Program-made: the position numbers and the translations under genes
Notes under the pieces: generated by a model
Database searches by the model: none
The model's input: the letters and a program-made list of their open reading frames with translations, nothing else
What the model was told of the DNA's origin: nothing
Origin: Candidatus Omnitrophota bacterium
GTDB lineage: Bacteria; Ratteibacteria; UBA8468; B48-G9; JAFGKM01
Length of the DNA: 35,686 nucleotides
Assembly: GCA_003644395.1 (NCBI GenBank)
Contig: QNCF01000001.1
Coordinates: 1-35,686, forward strand
Direction of reading: 5' to 3'
Shown here: positions 33,901 to 35,686 of the stretch, in pieces
Layout: each line of letters starts with the position of its first letter
How positions within the stretch are numbered: the stretch's first letter is position 1

Positions 33901-34677
33901 ATATATATTCCACCAATCCTTTGAATATTTCTCATTCAACAATTTATCTTTCATCCTTATTTCTTCTCCATCAAGATTACCTTCCCTCAAATCACCGAAA
34001 ATCTCCTTAAAACTTTCTTTCAAAATTTCAGAAAATTCAAAAAAATCTATTTTTCTTCCAGTAATTTCAGAAAGGCATGTGGAACGGTATCCAAGTTCTC
34101 TCAATTTTTCCCTTGTATATTTTTCTGCAATTTTATACTCCTCTCCAATAGGGATTGAACCATGGATTAAAATCACATCCCTCCTTCTTTTCTGAGCATT
34201 CCCTCCTATCTTTCTGTTCCCAATAACAATATCATAATCCTCCTGAGACATAAAACAGAATGATGATCTCTTTCTGATCCTTCCACCAAAATCTATTGCA
34301 TATTTTGGAGAAAGTCCCATCTTTTCATAACTTCTCAATATAAAAGATGTAAGAACCTTGTAAGATTTTTTTACGCTTTCTGGATTACCTATATCTGAAT
34401 TGGAACATACAATTGAATATGTAACCTCATTTGCATGGTAAATCATACTTCCACCTGTAATTCTTCTTACAATGCAGATATTATCTCTCTTACACATTTC
34501 AAGATCAAGAATCTCATCTGTTTTCTGAGAATAACCTATGGAAAAACCATATGGTTTCCATCCATAAATTCTGAATGTTGGGATTCTTTTATTGAAATAT
34601 GAAAGGAATAGTGCTTCATCTATTGCCATATTTTCAAAAGGTGATAAAAAACCTGTAAAAATAAAACGCCATTCCAT
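33892..34677 (-). CDS. Lipoate-protein ligase / octanoyltransferase family protein (BPL/LplA/LipB catalytic domain)
   Basis: 261 aa with NMAIDEAL, RRITGGSMIYH, and GNRKIGGNAQKRRRDVILIHGSI containing the family Lys. Its 3' end overlaps the 3' end of ispG by 9 nt (convergent). Confidence 0.7.
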   Translation of the reverse strand: MEWRFIFTGFLSPFENMAIDEALFLSYFNKRIPTFRIYGWKPYGFSIGYSQKTDEILDLEMCKRDNICIVRRITGGSMIYHANEVTYSIVCSNSDIGNPESVKKSYKVLTSFILRSYEKMGLSPKYAIDFGGRIRKRSSFCFMSQEDYDIVIGNRKIGGNAQKRRRDVILIHGSIPIGEEYKIAEKYTREKLRELGYRSTCLSEITGRKIDFFEFSEILKESFKEIFGDLREGNLDGEEIRMKDKLLNEKYSKDWWNIYLR

Positions 34678-34678
34678 T

Positions 34679-35020
34679 TTAAAGAGAGAGTTTTCTCAGT
34701 TCTCTTTCTGAAAGACCAAGATAATGACCTATTTCATGGAGTAAAACCTTCCTGATTTTCTCCTCAAGTTCTCTTTCTGTTCTGCAATCCCTTTCTATTG
34801 TTGATTTGAAAAGGATTATCTTATCAGGCATCACAAGTGTATATCCTGGATTTTTCCTGCATGGGTATGGTATCCCATGATAAAATCCAAGAATATTTGG
34901 AGATTCAGGATTTTCTTCAACAAAAAATTCAATATTTTCAAGTCTGTCTCTTATCTCTTTTGGTAAAGAAAGCAATTCTCTTTCTACTATCTTTTCAAAT
35001 TTCTCTTTTGAAATTTTCAT
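34679..35020 (-). CDS. Small zinc metallopeptidase-family protein (HExxH, DUF1025/zincin-like)
   Basis: 113 aa with LLHEIGHYLGLSE near the C-terminus. The size and layout are typical of this small conserved family. Confidence 0.6.
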   Translation of the reverse strand: MKISKEKFEKIVERELLSLPKEIRDRLENIEFFVEENPESPNILGFYHGIPYPCRKNPGYTLVMPDKIILFKSTIERDCRTERELEEKIRKVLLHEIGHYLGLSERELRKLSL

Positions 35021-35060
35021 TTTGATATATTATATTACTTATAACGGAAGGAGGGAAGAA

Positions 35061-35686
35061 ATGATAATAATTGGAGAAAGGATAAATGCGACAAGGAAAA
35101 ATATAGCAGAAGCGATTGAGAAAAAGGATGAAGAATTCATAAAGAAAGAAGTAGAAAAACAGATAAAGTATGGAGCAGAATTTATTGATTTAAATGCAGG
35201 AACAGGGAAGGGAAATGAGAAAGAAGATTTAAAATGGCTCATAGATATCACTCAGCAGTTAGGTGAAATCCCAATTTCTCTTGACAGTTCAGATATAGAA
35301 GCTATTGAATACTGCATCCAGTTTATAAAAAGCAATGAAAAAATGATAAATTCAATTAATGGTGAGAAAGAAAAACTTGAAAAATTTCTTCCATTTATTA
35401 AAAATAACCCTGACTGTAAAATTGTTGCTCTTACAATGGATGATAATGGAATACCAGAAGATGTGGAAAAGAGAGTTGAGATTGCAAAAAAACTTATAGA
35501 TACACTTATGGAGAATGGAGTGAAGGGAGAAAATATATTCATTGACCCATTGGTTCAACCTGTAAGTGTAAATTCTAAAAATGGAATAATTTTCATCCAG
35601 ACATTGAAAAAGATAAAAGAGATTTTCCCTGATGTTAAAACAACATGCGGTCTTTCAAATATATCTTTTGGACTTCCAAAAAGAAG
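35061..35686 (+). CDS. Methyltetrahydrofolate:corrinoid methyltransferase-like pterin-binding protein (AcsE/MetH pterin-domain family), 3' end outside the window
   Basis: Not in the ORF track, because there is no stop codon in the window. ATG 35061 follows GGAGGG. My translation is MIIIGERINATRKNIAEAIEKKDEEFIKKEV...FIDLNAG...ISLDSS...MINSINGE...IFIDPLVQPVS...CGLSNISFGLPKR. The GERIN, DSS, NSI and SNISFGLP blocks are hallmarks of the pterin-binding (DHPS-like) barrel. Confidence 0.75.
   Translation, partial: MIIIGERINATRKNIAEAIEKKDEEFIKKEVEKQIKYGAEFIDLNAGTGKGNEKEDLKWLIDITQQLGEIPISLDSSDIEAIEYCIQFIKSNEKMINSINGEKEKLEKFLPFIKNNPDCKIVALTMDDNGIPEDVEKRVEIAKKLIDTLMENGVKGENIFIDPLVQPVSVNSKNGIIFIQTLKKIKEIFPDVKTTCGLSNISFGLPKR

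Noticed and set aside
35021-35060. A divergent promoter in the 40-nt gap between the metallopeptidase gene and the methyltransferase-like gene (TTGATA at 35022-35027, TATAAC at 35040-35045).
   Set aside because: The spacing between the two hexamers is only 12 nt, and no alternative -10 lies at 16-18 nt. The match is too weak to call in AT-rich sequence.
1-35686. CRISPR arrays, tRNA/rRNA genes, insertion sequences, and integrase or phage genes.
   Set aside because: The largest non-coding gap is 101 nt (26890-26990), and the others are 47 nt or less. I saw no regularly spaced direct repeats, no terminal inverted repeats, no transposase/integrase-like ORFs and no cloverleaf-capable intergenic segment.

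Overview
This is a visibly AT-rich, very compact 35.7 kb window. I count 36 protein-coding genes, two of them truncated by the window edges. The largest non-coding gap is 101 nt. I found no rRNA, tRNA, CRISPR array, transposase or integrase. The proteins are K/E/I-rich. Together with a tolQ-tolR-tolB-pal cluster, many Fe-S proteins and a methyl-THF:corrinoid methyltransferase-like gene, this suggests a diderm, probably anaerobic and thermophilic lineage (inference).

Layout:
(1) 2-2663 (+): the tail of a TonB-dependent receptor, then a BtuF/FecCD/ATPase type-II ABC importer.
(2) 2711-11639 (+): six consecutive paralogs (436-459 aa) of an L-arabinose/L-fucose-isomerase-like protein, then a xylose-isomerase-like TIM-barrel protein. 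All have strong SD sites and 10-21 nt spacers.
(3) 11636-26889 (-): a 14-gene co-directional run that converges on (2) with overlapping stop codons. It holds a DUF1614-like membrane protein, a TsaC-LMW phosphatase fusion, rpiB, pabB, a pabC-like gene and pyrE. These are followed by three QueG/reductive-dehalogenase-like Fe-S proteins (four modules, because one protein is internally duplicated), a minimal Hanks kinase with an atypical catalytic loop, an 841 aa M28-like/AAC(3) acetyltransferase fusion, a Gfo/Idh/MocA oxidoreductase, and EtfB plus a ferredoxin-fused EtfA.
(4) 26991-33900 (+): tolQ, tolR, tolB, pal, a coiled-coil LysM lipoprotein, dxr, rseP and ispG.
(5) 33892-35020 (-): an LplA/LipM-like ligase and a small HExxH metallopeptidase. 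A partial methyl-THF:corrinoid methyltransferase-like gene follows at 35061-35686 (+).

The most unusual content is the convergent accessory block at 2.7-22 kb. The six-paralog isomerase-like array splits 3+3 at a predicted catalytic Asp/Asn position and carries four invariant cysteines. It faces an Etf/MocA/acetyltransferase/kinase/QueG-like redox operon. All functional calls come from motif recognition by eye. No database search was run.
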